Source: a virus (Duplodnaviria > Caudoviricetes). From it: DNA of 25,961 nucleotides. The position numbers and the translations under genes were made by a program. Shown here in pieces: positions 25,036 through 25,961 of this stretch (position 1 is the first letter of the stretch; every line of letters starts with the position of its first letter). The DNA lies in IMG/VR virus record IMGVR_UViG_3300031159_000007, positions 1 to 25,961 of that record. The stretch is one strand, 5' to 3'. The notes beneath the pieces are model-generated. The model was not told where the DNA came from. It was given only the letters and a program-made list of their open reading frames with translations, and did not search any database.

Positions 25036-25865
25036 AGCGGCAACTCCATCGACAACGCCGCGGCGCCGCGGACGCTCGGCTGCATCCACTTCGCCGGCGG
25101 CTCCGGTTTCGCGTAGTTTGGGCTCCACGCGAACATGCCGAGCTCGCCTGTTGCGCCGATGAACGGCACCGGCTCGGGGTAGATCAGGCACAGCCCCCGC
25201 GGCCCGAAGAACCAGGGCGAGGTGTGCTCGGAGACGACGGAGGCGAGAAAAGCCGAGCCGATGATGCCGCCCCGCTCGAGGTCGGCAGCGGCTGGGCAGG
25301 TCACGCCAATGCCGAACATGAACACGCGCGCTCTCTCGTACTCGTCGCGCGTCATCCCTTTGGCCGCATGGATTGCGATGCGCTTGCCGATCTGCGCGCG
25401 CATGCCGCCTCTACGGATCGCTATCTCGCTCCGGTTCTCGACGTCCTTGCCGCCGTAGATCAGAGCCCACGCCCACGGCTGGCGCACCGAGAGCGCCACG
25501 TGCGGCACGCCGTCCGGCCGATTGTGGACATCGCCAGGCTGCGGCTCAGCCGCGGCAGCCCGTCGGAGGAGAACGTCAGCGTGGCAGTCCGCCCCAGGCG
25601 GGCACCAGCAGGCGAGATCACGCCCATGCAGGCGCCCTATGCTCTTCAGGATGGCAGCACGCCGCTCAGGCTCGATGTCGGCAAGCGCCGGATGCCCGCC
25701 CAGCCAGAGATCGAACGCCTCAGCCGCTGTCCGCGCCCCGGCCTCGATCGCGGCGGAGGTCGGGCGATCGGCGCGGAACGGATTGCCCCACATTGTCGCC
25801 CGATCGACCCGCACCGCCTGCGGATGTGCGGCGAGGCTTTGGATCTGGAGACGCTTGGGGATCAT
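25032..25865 (-). CDS. DUF4326 + ASCH domain fusion protein
   Basis: ATG at 25865 follows GGAGG. N-half VDRATMWGNPF...LHGRDLACWCPP...CHADVL (DUF4326); C-half ALSVRQPWAWALIYGGKDVENRS...IAIHAAK...GGIIG...PWFFGP (ASCH). Confidence 0.82.
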   Translation of the reverse strand: MIPKRLQIQSLAAHPQAVRVDRATMWGNPFRADRPTSAAIEAGARTAAEAFDLWLGGHPALADIEPERRAAILKSIGRLHGRDLACWCPPGADCHADVLLRRAAAAEPQPGDVHNRPDGVPHVALSVRQPWAWALIYGGKDVENRSEIAIRRGGMRAQIGKRIAIHAAKGMTRDEYERARVFMFGIGVTCPAAADLERGGIIGSAFLASVVSEHTSPWFFGPRGLCLIYPEPVPFIGATGELGMFAWSPNYAKPEPPAKWMQPSVRGAAALSMELPL

Positions 25866-25961
25866 GCCTCCAACCCCCCGACCCCGGCCCGTCCGTGCCA
25901 ACTTCCCGCCTCGAGACCAAGATCAAGGGTCCCGGCCCTCCGACCGAAAACGGTGCAGGGC

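Larger units (their letters stand above)
1..25961 (-). mobile_element. Podovirus-like phage/prophage packaging, head, tail and ejection module (BPP-1/epsilon15-like organisation)
   Basis: Co-oriented, tightly overlapping genes in the order terminase-portal-scaffold-capsid-cement-adaptor-nozzle-ejection proteins-tail fibre. There is no tape measure or sheath gene. No integrase or att site lies in the window, so phage versus prophage cannot be decided. Confidence 0.93.

Noticed and set aside
885-25116. Many long plus-strand ORFs (e.g. 885-1817, 4079-5503, 5422-7065, 12943-14262, 18944-19963, 20072-21712, 23455-25116)
   Set aside because: They are antisense shadows of well-supported minus-strand genes in high-GC DNA, with no recognisable motifs or RBS.
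25036-25191. N-terminal extension of the terminase ORF
   Set aside because: It overlaps the ASCH domain of the upstream gene; the ATGA coupling at 25032-25035 gives the better start.
25862-25961. Possible 3' end of an upstream gene (small terminase?) ending at the ATGA overlap
   Set aside because: Only about 32 codons are visible, with no recognisable motif.

Overview
GC-rich (roughly 70% by eye) virion-morphogenesis region of a podovirus-type phage or prophage of the BPP-1/epsilon15-like kind. The host is probably an alphaproteobacterium (inference). Almost all genes are on the minus strand and read right to left: DUF4326-ASCH fusion, terminase large subunit, GNAT-fold protein, small virion protein, portal, Bbp19-like protein, scaffold, major capsid, Bbp16-like cement protein, glycosyltransferase, small protein, tail adaptor, small ejection protein, tail nozzle, three large internal/ejection proteins (one is a 1873-aa polyvalent protein), an inserted three-gene accessory cassette, and a collagen-containing tail fibre that runs off the left edge. 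The main candidate for a new system is a capsid cement protein ending in 14 consecutive Thr/Ser residues, directly followed by a GT-A glycosyltransferase with polypeptide-GalNAc-transferase-like motifs, which suggests mucin-type O-glycosylation of the capsid. Other notable items are a late-promoter motif seen three times (CGGTTAACA-N15-TAnnnT), GcrA-like HTH repeats on the ejected polyvalent protein, and a nested domain insertion in the nozzle. All family assignments come from motif recognition and gene order, not from database searches.
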